Shown: piece by piece, positions 54,686-64,000 of the stretch
How the letters are laid out: each line of letters opens with the position of its first letter
Position numbering within the stretch: the stretch's first letter is position 1
Assembly: GCA_038150265.1 (NCBI GenBank)
Contig: JAYOTF010000010.1
Span: 1 to 64,000 of the forward strand
From: Deltaproteobacteria bacterium
Lineage (GTDB): Bacteria > SAR324 > NAC60-12
Reading direction: 5' to 3'
DNA: 64,000 nt
Position numbers and translations under genes: made by a program
Notes under the pieces: generated by a model
The model's input: the letters and a program-made list of their open reading frames with translations, nothing else
The model's database searches: none
What the model was told of the DNA's origin: nothing

Positions 54686-55168
54686 CCAGTCACAGGCCTG
54701 CTGCAGTGCGGGCACCTGCTCCGGAAGCTGAAAGTACGACTGAGCGGTGTGCGCAGCAGAGGGGACCGTGGGAAACAGGCGCAGGTGCTGCTCCTGCATG
54801 GTGGTCTGCAGGAGTTGGCTTCCCACAGGAGAACACTGGCTGAGGGTTGCCAGCGCTTGCAGGTGCGGACCCGCTCCCTGAGCAGCTTCTTCCTGAACCC
54901 ACTCCAGGTTTTCCTGCAGGAAGCTTTCGATCTGGGCGCGTCCGGGCCGATAGAAGTCCTTGGAAGGGTGCCCGTCTTCGCACCCGGAGGTTTCGGAAGA
55001 GCGTGCGACCGCCATGGTCGTTCCGGAAGGAATCGACGTCGGAGCTGTGGTCAGGCCCCAGACGGTGTTGGAGTAAGGTGGTTTGGGGCAGCGGTGTCGG
55101 GCTTCTGCAGGAGAAGCGCTCCACAGCATCACACCCAGCACCGGGAGCAGCAGGGAGCGCGGTGACAT
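54677..55168 (-). CDS. Exported protein, DUF3015-like
   Basis: Signal peptide; 'SSETSGC', 'EAAQGAGPHLQALATLSQC'. Confidence 0.65.
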   Translation of the reverse strand: MSPRSLLLPVLGVMLWSASPAEARHRCPKPPYSNTVWGLTTAPTSIPSGTTMAVARSSETSGCEDGHPSKDFYRPGRAQIESFLQENLEWVQEEAAQGAGPHLQALATLSQCSPVGSQLLQTTMQEQHLRLFPTVPSAAHTAQSYFQLPEQVPALQQACDWSS

Positions 55169-55177
55169 GAGAATGGG

Positions 55178-55945
55178 TCAGTGTTGCAGGATCTGGCTGA
55201 GGAACAGTTTGGTCCGGTCGTTTTGCGGATCATTGAAGAACGCCTCTGGTTCATTTTGCTCAATGATCTCTCCGCCGTCCATAAAAATCACGCGATTGGC
55301 CACGGTGCGGGCAAATCCCATCTCGTGGGTCACCACCAGCATGGTCATTCCGGTGCCTGCCAGCTCAATCATCACGTCCAGCACCTCCTTGATCATTTCG
55401 GGATCCAGCGCCGACGTCGGCTCGTCAAAGAGCATGATGCGTGGGTTCATGCACAGCGACCGCGCGATGGCCACCCGTTGCTGCTGACCTCCCGAGAGCT
55501 GCCCCGGGTACTTGTTGGCCTGGTCCGGAATCTTCACACGCTCCAGGTACTTCATCGCAGTGGCTTCAGCCTCCGCCTTGGGCTGCTTGCGGACCCAGAT
55601 GGGAGCCAGGGTGCAGTTTTCCAGCACCGTCAGGTGGGGAAAGAGGTTGAAGTGCTGAAACACCATCCCCACCTCGCGGCGGACTTGCTCAATGTGCTTG
55701 AGGTCATTGGTCAGCTCAATGCCGTCCACCACAATGTCCCCTTCCTGATGCTCCTCCAGTCGGTTGATGCAGCGGATGAGTGTGGATTTTCCGGATCCGG
55801 AAGGCCCGCAGATCACAATCCGCTCTCCGGAGGTCACCTCGAGGTCCACATCTTTGAGGACGTGGAACTGGCCGTACCACTTGTTCATCTTCCGGATTTG
55901 AATAACGGGCTTGCCCGTCGGATCAACAGCAGGGGTTGCGGTCAT
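55178..55945 (-). CDS. aapP: General L-amino acid ABC transporter ATPase
   Basis: 'GPSGSGKST', 'LSGGQQQR', '[11 protein letters not shown]'. Confidence 0.92.
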   Translation of the reverse strand: MTATPAVDPTGKPVIQIRKMNKWYGQFHVLKDVDLEVTSGERIVICGPSGSGKSTLIRCINRLEEHQEGDIVVDGIELTNDLKHIEQVRREVGMVFQHFNLFPHLTVLENCTLAPIWVRKQPKAEAEATAMKYLERVKIPDQANKYPGQLSGGQQQRVAIARSLCMNPRIMLFDEPTSALDPEMIKEVLDVMIELAGTGMTMLVVTHEMGFARTVANRVIFMDGGEIIEQNEPEAFFNDPQNDRTKLFLSQILQH

Positions 55946-56006
55946 GATGTTTCAGTCAGTTGATGGTGTCGATAAAAGGAACGAGGTCCCTCTGATGCAG
56001 AAACCG

Positions 56007-57137
56007 TTAGCGCTTGTGTCCGGTGTGCAGCTTCGCCTCAATGTAACGGCTGTAGCGCGACATGCCGTAGCAGAAGACGAAGAAGGTCAGGGCCACAAAG
56101 ACGTATCCCGTCGACGGGACGCTCCGGATGCTCCAGTTGGGGTCGGCAATGGCCGCATTCACCATGCCGAGCAGGTCCAGCAGGCCGATGATCAGCACCA
56201 GCGTGGTGTCCTTGAACAGGCCGATGAAGGTGTTCACAATGCCGGGAATCACGGCCTTCAGGGCCTGAGGCAAAATGATCAGGCGCATGGATTTCCAGTA
56301 GCTCAAACCGAGGGCGTCTGCCGCTTCGTACTGACCCTTGCCCAGGGACTGCAGGCCCCCCCGCACGACTTCTGCCATGTACGCCGAGGAAAACAGCGCC
56401 ACCCCGATCAGGGCCCGGAGCAACTGGTCGAAGTTCAGGCCGGTCGGAAAGAAGAGCGGCAGCACGTAGGCGGCCATGAACAGCACGGTGATGAGGGGAA
56501 CCCCTCGCCAGAACTCGATGAAGACGATGCAGGTCGAACGAATGATGGGCATGTTCGAGCGACGTCCCAGCGCCAGCAAGATGCCCAGCGGCAGTGACGC
56601 GATGATGCCCAGCAGGGCCACCACCAGCGTGAGGATGAAGCCCCCCCACTGGCTCGTTTCCACCACAGCCAGCCCGGCAAAGCCGCCATACATGATCGCC
56701 CACGCCAGCAGCGGAAAGGGAACCATCATGAAGCCTCCCACCCAGCGGCGTGCGGGTGCGTTCTCCCAGGCGGACCAGAGAATGCCGCCAAACAGGATCA
56801 GCAGCACCAGGTCCACTCGCCAGCGTTCAGACTTCTCATAGAAGCCATAGACAAACTGGTCGAAGCGCGTTCCGATGAAGGTCCAGCAGGCAGCATGCGG
56901 ATTGGCCCGACAGGCCTCGTTGCCTCCGGACCAGACTGCGTTGAAGACGAGCCAGTTCAGGGCGTCCCAGATCAACCAAAATCCGAGCACTCCGAAAATG
57001 ACCGTCAGCAGGGAGTTGGTCAGGTTGGAAAAGAGGTTCTCCCGAATCCACCCCACCACGCCTACCGTTGTCGGAGGAGCCGGACGGCTCGGTGTGGATT
57101 CTTGACGGACGTAGGCGATTGACGATTGATTGCTCAT
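56007..57137 (-). CDS. aapM: General L-amino acid ABC permease
   Basis: 'WIRENLFS', 'FIEFWRGVPLI', 'SAYMAEVVRGGLQ', 'FKDTTL'. Confidence 0.92.
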   Translation of the reverse strand: MSNQSSIAYVRQESTPSRPAPPTTVGVVGWIRENLFSNLTNSLLTVIFGVLGFWLIWDALNWLVFNAVWSGGNEACRANPHAACWTFIGTRFDQFVYGFYEKSERWRVDLVLLILFGGILWSAWENAPARRWVGGFMMVPFPLLAWAIMYGGFAGLAVVETSQWGGFILTLVVALLGIIASLPLGILLALGRRSNMPIIRSTCIVFIEFWRGVPLITVLFMAAYVLPLFFPTGLNFDQLLRALIGVALFSSAYMAEVVRGGLQSLGKGQYEAADALGLSYWKSMRLIILPQALKAVIPGIVNTFIGLFKDTTLVLIIGLLDLLGMVNAAIADPNWSIRSVPSTGYVFVALTFFVFCYGMSRYSRYIEAKLHTGHKR

Positions 57138-57139
57138 GA

Positions 57140-58318
57140 TTAACGCTCCACCAGGGCCACACGGGAGTTAAACCAGTTCATGAAGGCTGAGGTCAACAGG
57201 CTCAGGCTCAGGTACACCGACATGGTAATGGCCAGCGTTTCCAGGGCCTGACCGTTCTGGTTCAGGGCGGTGCCCGCAAACGTGGCCACCAGGTCCGGAT
57301 ACGCGATGGCTGCTGCCAGTGAGGAGTTCTTCGTCAGGTTGAGGTACTGGCTCGTCAGGGGCGGAATGATGATGCGCATGGCCTGCGGGATGATCACCAG
57401 CCGCAGGGTCGGGCTCCGGCGCAGTCCCAGCGCATGAGCGGCTTCTGTTTGACCATGGCTGACGGCCTGAATCCCGGCCCGGACGATTTCGGCAATGAAG
57501 GATGCGGTGTAGAGAACCAGCGAGAGCGTGACCGCAATGAACTCCGGAATGATGGTGATGCCTCCGGACAGGTTAAAGCGTCCCATCTCTGCAGGAGCAT
57601 ACGAAATCGGCGAGCCCGACAGCAAGAAGACCGCCACCGGGAGCCCCACAATCAGCGCCAGCGCTGCAAGTCCCACGGGGAACTGGGCCCCGGTTGATTC
57701 CTGACGCTGCTTCGCCCAGCGCTGGAGGCCGACGGTGACCAGGATTCCTAAAAGCAGCGCCCAAACCGTCCAGCTGAATCCGTCCAGGAAGGTGTAATCC
57801 GGAACGGTAATGCCGCGGTTTGAGACGCCAAAGTAAACTTCAGAATTTCGTTCAAAGACTTCTCGAGGCCCAGGAAGGGGCTTGAGAACAGCGGTGTACC
57901 AGAAGAGGATCTGCAGCAGCAGCGGCACATTCCGGAACATTTCCACGTAAATCGTCGCCAGCCGAGACACCACCCAGTTGGGGGAAAGTCGCATGACGCC
58001 GATGAGAAAGCCCACCAGTGTGGCCAAAAAGATACCGGTCCCTGCCACAAGGAGCGTATTGAGGACCCCCACCACAAACACCCGACCGTAGGTGTCTCCC
58101 GGCTCATAAGGGATGAGGGACATGGTGATGCTGAACCCGGCGGTCTCTTCCAGAAAGCCAAAACCCGCCCGAATGTTCCGGGCTTCCATGTTGGCAATCG
58201 TGTTGTCAACCAGGCTCCACCCCAGATAAATCAGAAAACCCGCCATCAGCAACTGATACAGGACGGCACGAAACTGAGGATCGTTGATCAATGAGGGAGA
58301 GGAGTTGCGAGCAGGCAT
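57140..58318 (-). CDS. aapQ: General L-amino acid ABC permease
   Basis: 'GFGFLEETAGF', 'FRNVPLLLQ', 'FIAEIVRAGI', 'NLTKNSSL'. Confidence 0.92.
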   Translation of the reverse strand: MPARNSSPSLINDPQFRAVLYQLLMAGFLIYLGWSLVDNTIANMEARNIRAGFGFLEETAGFSITMSLIPYEPGDTYGRVFVVGVLNTLLVAGTGIFLATLVGFLIGVMRLSPNWVVSRLATIYVEMFRNVPLLLQILFWYTAVLKPLPGPREVFERNSEVYFGVSNRGITVPDYTFLDGFSWTVWALLLGILVTVGLQRWAKQRQESTGAQFPVGLAALALIVGLPVAVFLLSGSPISYAPAEMGRFNLSGGITIIPEFIAVTLSLVLYTASFIAEIVRAGIQAVSHGQTEAAHALGLRRSPTLRLVIIPQAMRIIIPPLTSQYLNLTKNSSLAAAIAYPDLVATFAGTALNQNGQALETLAITMSVYLSLSLLTSAFMNWFNSRVALVER

Positions 58319-58357
58319 GAAGGCATTGAGAACGTGGTGAAATCAAGAGGGCGGGAA

Positions 58358-58379
58358 CCCGGCCCCATGAGAGGCCGGG
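58358..58379 (-). terminator. Intercistronic stem-loop after aapJ (mRNA stabiliser or partial terminator)
   Basis: CCCGGCC-N8-GGCCGGG just downstream of the binding-protein stop; weak U-tract. Confidence 0.45.
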
Positions 58380-58401
58380 AATGATTTCTGATGCCGATGA
58401 A

Positions 58402-59430
58402 TTAGCGGATCGGCGGAGCGTAGATCAGGCCACCCTTCGTCCAAAGAGCGTTCACGCTACCGTCACGGGTCAGCTGAAGCGGAGTGTTGGCGCCCACGTT
58501 GCGCTCGTACATCTCGCCGTAGTTGCCCACCTGCTTGATCATGCTGTAGGCCCAGTCAGCAGACACGCCCACCGACTCGTTCAGGTCGCCTTCCACACCC
58601 AACAGGCGCTTGATGGAAGGATTGTCGCTGCTGCGCATCTGGTCAACGTTTGCCGAGGTCACTCCGAGCTCTTCGGCATTGATCAGAGCATTCAGCGTCC
58701 AGCGTGCCAGGTCGGCCCACTGCGGATCATCCTGACGGACAACGGGTCCGAGCGGCTCCTTGGAGATGATCTCCGGCAGAACCATGTGCTCATCCGGGTT
58801 GGTCAGCTTGGTGCGCTGAGCGGCCAGTCCGGAGCGGTCCGTGGTGTAGACGTCACAACGTCCGGCGTCATAGGCGCCCACCACTTCGTCCGCCTTCTCA
58901 AAGGCCACCAGCTCAAACTGCATGTTGTTCGAGCGGAAGAAGTCGGTCAGGTTCAGCTCGGTCGTGGTTCCGGTGTTGGTGCAGGCCGAAGCACCGTCCA
59001 ATTCCCTGGCACTCTTCACGCCGAGGCTCTTGCGCACCATGAAGCCCTGTCCGTCGTAGTAGTTCACTCCCACGAACTCCAGACCCAGCGTCGCGTCACG
59101 CTGCATGGTCCAGGTGGTGTTCCGGGCCAGGACGTCCACCTCTCCGGAACGCAGCGCCTCGAAGCGAGCCTTCGCCGAAAGCGGGGTGAACTTCACCTTG
59201 GACGAGTCCGCGAACACGGCAGAAGCCATGGCTCGGCAGAAGTCCACGTCCAGTCCAGACCAGTTGCCCTGGTCGTCCGGATTCGAGAACCCGGGCAGGC
59301 CCTGGCTCACACCACACTGAATGAATCCCTTGGCTTTCACCGCACCCAGCGTGCCGGAACTGTGGCCGGCCGCCATCGCGACGCCACCCAGCAAGGCTAC
59401 CGAAATGAAGGACATGAATAATTTTTTCAT
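58402..59430 (-). CDS. aapJ: General L-amino acid ABC substrate-binding protein
   Basis: 'CGVSQGLPGFS', 'DVDFCRA', 'RNTTWT', 'YYDGQGF', 'ISKEPLGP', 'YAPPIR'; start trimmed to 59430. Confidence 0.93.
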   Translation of the reverse strand: MKKLFMSFISVALLGGVAMAAGHSSGTLGAVKAKGFIQCGVSQGLPGFSNPDDQGNWSGLDVDFCRAMASAVFADSSKVKFTPLSAKARFEALRSGEVDVLARNTTWTMQRDATLGLEFVGVNYYDGQGFMVRKSLGVKSARELDGASACTNTGTTTELNLTDFFRSNNMQFELVAFEKADEVVGAYDAGRCDVYTTDRSGLAAQRTKLTNPDEHMVLPEIISKEPLGPVVRQDDPQWADLARWTLNALINAEELGVTSANVDQMRSSDNPSIKRLLGVEGDLNESVGVSADWAYSMIKQVGNYGEMYERNVGANTPLQLTRDGSVNALWTKGGLIYAPPIR

Positions 59431-59616
59431 TACGTCTCTCCTCGTAGAGTTGATAGTAGGACAAATGCCCAATCTTGATTGAAAAAGGCTCTTCAATTGA
59501 GCCCTGCTTCCCGATTGAAGTCAAGGTTTGAACGAAAAAAAGTCGATCTCCAACAGGGGTTGGAGGCAGCTCCTTCCCGAATCGCCAATTTTTTTCGTCT
59601 TTAATGTAACGAAGTG

Positions 59617-61764
59617 TCAATTTTGTCGTAAATCACACTTAAAATATTGATTCATCTGGAATCGACGCGATCTTTCCCGCTCAGACGTGTTGGCCGTGGC
59701 CCAGTCAGCCGCAGCAATCCAGGGCAGTTGGCGAAGGGCAGAGGCGAGGCGGGCTTCCTCAGATTCAGAGAGGTCCCAAAAGGGCTGATCCCGAACCGTG
59801 CCATCGGCTTCCCGGAGGCTCTGAACCTTCCACCCCAGGAAACGCAGGCGTTCGTCAGGCTGCGAGCGAAACAGCAGGCGCAGCCGGAAGAACCGCGGCA
59901 CGCCCGACAGGCACGCACCAATCTGCAGGACCTGCTCCCCGGACGCCAGTGGCCCTGCCTCGGCAGGAGGAAGCACCAGCGTCGCCTCCGAAAGCTCCAG
60001 CTGTCTGGGAAGAAACACCGGCGAGGTGCGTGAAACCAGAGGGGCAAAGGGAATCGTCTGCTGCGTCTGCAGGTCCAGCGCTTCTGTGACCTCCGGAGGC
60101 AGGTCTTCTGCCAGCAGGCGGACCACCTCCAAAACGTCCTCCACCCGGTTGTTCCGAGGGCGGGAGAGCGGCTTCCACGGCAAAGCCTCCCGGGCCGCTC
60201 CCAGCTCGCGGAGCCAGTCCACGACCTCCTGACGCGTCTGTGCCAGAACGAGGCAAGCCTGTGGCTCTGGAAAGAGCTGATGATGGATGACCTCAAACAC
60301 CTGGCCGCTCCCAACCTGCCACACCGGGCGCCAGCCCAGAAACGACTGACGCAGCCAGCGCCTCAAGGGACGGTACTGCACCCACTGGTCGTAAAGTGGC
60401 TGGGCCTGCAGGGCCAACTCCGGACGCCGCGGCTTGAGCCCTGCCGCAACGTCGGTTGGCCACGGCAGAAACAGCTCGGGCACCTGAAACCCTGCCAGCG
60501 TCCGGCGCAAATCGTGAGCCCAGGTATTCGGGGTCCAGGCCACCTCCGGAGCCTCGACAAATGCGACCGGACGCGCTCCAAACTCTTCGTCATCCACCGG
60601 CACCACAATCGCCTGAGCCAAATCCGGCAGGTCCAGCAAGGCCCGCTCAACGGTTTCCGGATGCACGTTCTCGCCTCCCGAAATGAACATCGCATCACGG
60701 CGTCCCCGGACTTCGAGCACGCCCTCCACGAGCCGCCCGAGGTCTCCGGTTGAGAACCACCCCTCTGCATCAAAAGGCTGCTGCAGCGTGTCTTCTTGCT
60801 GGTAGCCCAGAAAACGGGTCGGGCCACGGACCTCAATTTCTCCAGAGCCGTCTTCTGCAAGCGCCTGAACCCGCAACTCCCGTCCCGGGAGCAGGCGAGC
60901 CGCCACCTTCCACGCTCCGTTTTCCTGCACCAGCGGCCCGGTTGCGACCTGTGAGGCCATCTCGGTGCTTCCGTAACTGGCCTGCACCGGCAGCCCCAAC
61001 GCGCCACACCGTTCCAGCAGCGAAGGCGCAACCCCGGCGCCACCAATGAGGATCAGCTTGAGCGTCCGGAGCGCTGCCACGCCTTCCGCGGTGTTCAGCA
61101 GGCGCTGCAGCTGGGTTGGAACCAGCGAGACGTGGGTCACTCCCGGAGGAGGCACCACCGTGGAACGCTCCTGTGGCAGGACCATGGTCGCGCCAGCAAG
61201 CAGCGTCCGGAACGCAATCGACAGCCCACCAACATGAAACAGCGGAATCGACAGCAGCCAGCGGTCTCCCGGACCCAGCGGCATGACCGCATTGGCTCCG
61301 GAGGCATTCCAGAGGAAGTTCCCCAACGACAGCACGGCGGCCTTCGGAGTGCCCGAGCTTCCGGACGTAAACACCACGGTCGCCGGACGCGTCAAATCCA
61401 GGTCTGGCAACGGCTCTGAAGCAACGGCGCCCTGCGCCCTCACCGCTCCGGAGGGGATCCAACGAGAGGCGCCGATCTGCTGCTGCAGCTCCTGCCGACG
61501 GGATTCCGGAAAAGCCGGATTGAGCGGGGCCACCAGGGCTCCACGCAGCCAGGCGGCCAGCAGGGTCAGGAGCGTGGGAACCGGCTCTGCGGCAACAACG
61601 GCCACCCGCTCACCGGCTTGAAGGTTCAGTTCCTCTCCGAGCGCCTGAGCCCGGCGGAGGAAGTGCTGAAACGACCACGACGCATCCGGAGCCTCCAACC
61701 AGGGCTCGGTTGCCGTTGCGGCCTGACGCCAGAGATCATCTCCGGGAGCAAGGGGGGCGGGCAT
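59617..61764 (-). CDS. menE: o-succinylbenzoate--CoA ligase-like adenylating enzyme with a ~255-aa C-terminal extension
   Basis: 'FTSGSSGTPK', 'PLFHVGG', 'SLVPTQL', 'SYGSTE', 'TGDLG', 'GRRDAMFISGGENV'. Confidence 0.75.
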   Translation of the reverse strand: MPAPLAPGDDLWRQAATATEPWLEAPDASWSFQHFLRRAQALGEELNLQAGERVAVVAAEPVPTLLTLLAAWLRGALVAPLNPAFPESRRQELQQQIGASRWIPSGAVRAQGAVASEPLPDLDLTRPATVVFTSGSSGTPKAAVLSLGNFLWNASGANAVMPLGPGDRWLLSIPLFHVGGLSIAFRTLLAGATMVLPQERSTVVPPPGVTHVSLVPTQLQRLLNTAEGVAALRTLKLILIGGAGVAPSLLERCGALGLPVQASYGSTEMASQVATGPLVQENGAWKVAARLLPGRELRVQALAEDGSGEIEVRGPTRFLGYQQEDTLQQPFDAEGWFSTGDLGRLVEGVLEVRGRRDAMFISGGENVHPETVERALLDLPDLAQAIVVPVDDEEFGARPVAFVEAPEVAWTPNTWAHDLRRTLAGFQVPELFLPWPTDVAAGLKPRRPELALQAQPLYDQWVQYRPLRRWLRQSFLGWRPVWQVGSGQVFEVIHHQLFPEPQACLVLAQTRQEVVDWLRELGAAREALPWKPLSRPRNNRVEDVLEVVRLLAEDLPPEVTEALDLQTQQTIPFAPLVSRTSPVFLPRQLELSEATLVLPPAEAGPLASGEQVLQIGACLSGVPRFFRLRLLFRSQPDERLRFLGWKVQSLREADGTVRDQPFWDLSESEEARLASALRQLPWIAAADWATANTSERERSRRFQMNQYFKCDLRQN

Positions 61765-61794
61765 GTGATTTTCTTGTCAAGAGGGAGGGGGAGG

Positions 61795-63594
61795 TCAGTC
61801 GTTCCCCATGCCAACCGACTCCAGGACTTCGGCCGGCTGACTGGCAAGGTTTGGCGCCGGAGAGACCTGTTCCGGCTTGGGCAACACGTTGTGGAGGAGC
61901 AGCGTCCGCTGAGCAATCTCCCGGAAAGCGGGAGCGGCCGCCTTGCTGCCATAATGCTGAGACTTTTCAGGCTCTTCCACCACCACCAAAATGGTGGCCA
62001 GCGGAGACTGGGCGGGCACAAACCCAACGAAGGAGGCCCAGAATCGGTCCTTGGAGTATTCCTTGAGCTTCGTGTCAAAAATCTGGCTGGTCCCCGTCTT
62101 GCCGGCCACGTCATAGCCCGGAATGGAGGCATTGGGGGCCGTTCCTCCCGGCTCTGTGACCAGCACCATGGCATCGGTAATCGCCTTGGCCACCGCCTTC
62201 GAGACCACCCGGTGGCGCTCTCCGGGACCAAAGTGGTAGGTCTCTTTCTTGTAGGTCAGGTCCTGCACTGACTCGCCCTCAAGGTTCCGGACGTGGGAAA
62301 CGATGTGCGGCTGCACCCACTCGCCTTCATTCGCAATCGCATTGACCGCCGTGGCAATCTGCAGGGCCGACGTGGTAATGCCCTGTCCAAAGGTGATGTT
62401 GGCGTGGTCCACTTCCGTCCAGGTATCCGGAGCGTTGAGCAGTCCGGGGGCTTCTCCGGGCAGTCCGGAGTTCGGACGCTGCCCCATGCCGAAGCTCCTC
62501 AGGTACTCATAGAGGCGCTGCTTGGGCAGGAGCATGCCAATCTTGGCGGCACAGATGTTGGAGGACTTTTGGAGGACTTCCGGAACCGTCAGGACGCCGT
62601 GCGGGGTGCTGTCGTTGATGATGCGATCGCCCACGCGGTACTTCCCGTTTTCGCAGAAAAACTGCTGGGCCGGGTTCACCACCCCTTCATTGAGCGCGGC
62701 AGCCAGGGTGACCACCTTGAGCGTCGAACCCGGGTCGTACCCGAGCGTTACCAGCGGGTTGAGGTGGAACCGGCGGTCGTACTCGGCGTAACGGTTTGGG
62801 TCAAAACCGGGATAGGTCGCCATGGCCCACACGGCGCCCGTCCTGGGCTCCAGCACCACGGCAGATCCGCGCTTGGCGCCTGTGGAAAGCACGCTCTTGC
62901 GCAACGCCTGCTCTGCAATGTGCTGAATGCGGCTGTCAAGGGTCAGCTGCAGGTCATACTCTTCAGGCTGCACAAGTTCTTGCATCGGCAGTGAACGCCG
63001 CTGGGCATCGGCCTCCACAACATACGTCACCTCTTCACCGGCCAACAGCTTCTGGTACTTGGCCTCCAGGCCTTCCAGGCCCTGAATGTCAATGCCGGTG
63101 TACCCCAGCACGGCGCCGGCGAGGTTGCCGTTCGGATAAATCCGCCGGTATTCCTGCTGAAAGAACACGCCTTCAAGCTTGAGCGCAGCAACCTTCTGGG
63201 CCCGGTCCGGATTCATCTGCCGGTCCAGCCACACAAAGGAACGCGAGGAGCTGAGCTTCTTCTGCAACGTCCCGACAGACTCCCCCAGCACCGGAGCCAG
63301 GCGCCGAGCGGTTGCTGCAGGAGAGGAGATGGAAGACGGGTCGGCATAAAGCGAAGGAACCGGAACCGAGACCGCCAGGAAGCGGCCATTGCGGTCAAGG
63401 ATCTTGCCCCGCCGCGGCTCCAGCTTGACGGTCCGTTGCTGACGGATCCGGGCCTGCTCCACAAAGTAGTCCCCACGCCACACCTGCAGGTAAAAGACCC
63501 GGCCCAAAATGGTGAGGAAGCCGAGGCTCAGCATGGCCATCAGGACGAGGAGCCGCAGGTTGAAGCTGTAGACTTTGATGCGGAGCTTATTCAC
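61795..63594 (-). CDS. ftsI: Class B penicillin-binding protein (septal PBP3)
   Basis: 'RRGKILDRNG', 'PGSTLK' (SxxK), 'SSN', 'KTGT'; follows ftsL. Confidence 0.92.
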   Translation of the reverse strand: MNKLRIKVYSFNLRLLVLMAMLSLGFLTILGRVFYLQVWRGDYFVEQARIRQQRTVKLEPRRGKILDRNGRFLAVSVPVPSLYADPSSISSPAATARRLAPVLGESVGTLQKKLSSSRSFVWLDRQMNPDRAQKVAALKLEGVFFQQEYRRIYPNGNLAGAVLGYTGIDIQGLEGLEAKYQKLLAGEEVTYVVEADAQRRSLPMQELVQPEEYDLQLTLDSRIQHIAEQALRKSVLSTGAKRGSAVVLEPRTGAVWAMATYPGFDPNRYAEYDRRFHLNPLVTLGYDPGSTLKVVTLAAALNEGVVNPAQQFFCENGKYRVGDRIINDSTPHGVLTVPEVLQKSSNICAAKIGMLLPKQRLYEYLRSFGMGQRPNSGLPGEAPGLLNAPDTWTEVDHANITFGQGITTSALQIATAVNAIANEGEWVQPHIVSHVRNLEGESVQDLTYKKETYHFGPGERHRVVSKAVAKAITDAMVLVTEPGGTAPNASIPGYDVAGKTGTSQIFDTKLKEYSKDRFWASFVGFVPAQSPLATILVVVEEPEKSQHYGSKAAAPAFREIAQRTLLLHNVLPKPEQVSPAPNLASQPAEVLESVGMGND

Positions 63595-63950
63595 TGGGAG
63601 ACGATTTCCTCAAGGTAAGCGAACTGGTCCAGTTTCGGTGGCGAGAGGTTCAGGTGCCTGGAGGCAATGCGATCGAGTCGTTGCGGCCGTGTCAGAAACT
63701 GCACCTCCACTTCCAGCAGGTCAATGTCTTCCCGGAGCTGGGCCCGCTGGCGTTCGAGGCTTTGCACTTCGTGGGCGATTTCGCGATAATTGGCCCACTG
63801 CCACAGGTACCCCACGCATCCGGCGGTAATGAGCACCGACATCAGGACCACAATCTGAACCGACTGGACGGCATTCCAGCAAAAACGCGGCACCAGCTTC
63901 CAGCGAAACTGATGATTGAGAACCTTGGGACGTTGCGAGAAGGCGTTCAT
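63591..63950 (-). CDS. ftsL: Cell division protein FtsL-like
   Basis: One TM helix plus coiled coil 'L..P.RL..IA..L.L..P'; GTGA overlap with ftsI. Confidence 0.8.
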   Translation of the reverse strand: MNAFSQRPKVLNHQFRWKLVPRFCWNAVQSVQIVVLMSVLITAGCVGYLWQWANYREIAHEVQSLERQRAQLREDIDLLEVEVQFLTRPQRLDRIASRHLNLSPPKLDQFAYLEEIVSQ

Positions 63951-64000
63951 GACTTCTGATCAAACCACAGCAAAGAAACAAAAAGCAGAGGAACTCCAGT

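Overview
This is a GC-rich (roughly 60-65%), densely coding stretch of bacterial chromosome with about 55 mostly housekeeping genes. The lineage looks deltaproteobacterial/SAR324-like, which is my inference and is not proven. Gene order: LysR regulator; cobB-cbtB-cbtA-cysK; gltBD plus a tandem CycH-Ig-domain gene; yajC-secD-secF-tyrA; tgt, qor, CNNM/DUF21, gltA; mtaD-like deaminase; gcvT-gcvH-phosphonate monoester hydrolase-FAD monooxygenase; SutA-like gene-moaE; 2-phosphoglycerate-kinase-like gene; TerB, HNH, lipoprotein, DUF3750; 5-oxoprolinase; beta-barrel plus Kelch lipoprotein; sigma54-driven flgB-flgC-orf-fliE; aspS, DEAD helicase, PrkA-like ATPase, MFS, 2OG oxygenase, serS, gatA, ACBP, CoA-transferase, LD-carboxypeptidase; aapJQMP; menE with an extension; ftsI-ftsL. 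I saw no rRNA, tRNA, CRISPR array, integrase or transposase. The most notable observations are: (1) the palindrome TCCGGA is about 10-fold or more over-represented across the window in all reading frames, like a cyanobacterial HIP1 element; (2) at 27.0-28.1 kb an operator array and a ~230-nt highly structured, switch-like leader precede a small SutA-like (RNA-polymerase-binding) protein and moaE; (3) an archaeal-type double-ATP-cone 2-phosphoglycerate-kinase-like gene; (4) a compositionally chimeric Ig+Kelch lipoprotein; (5) an unknown ORF inserted into flgC-fliE.
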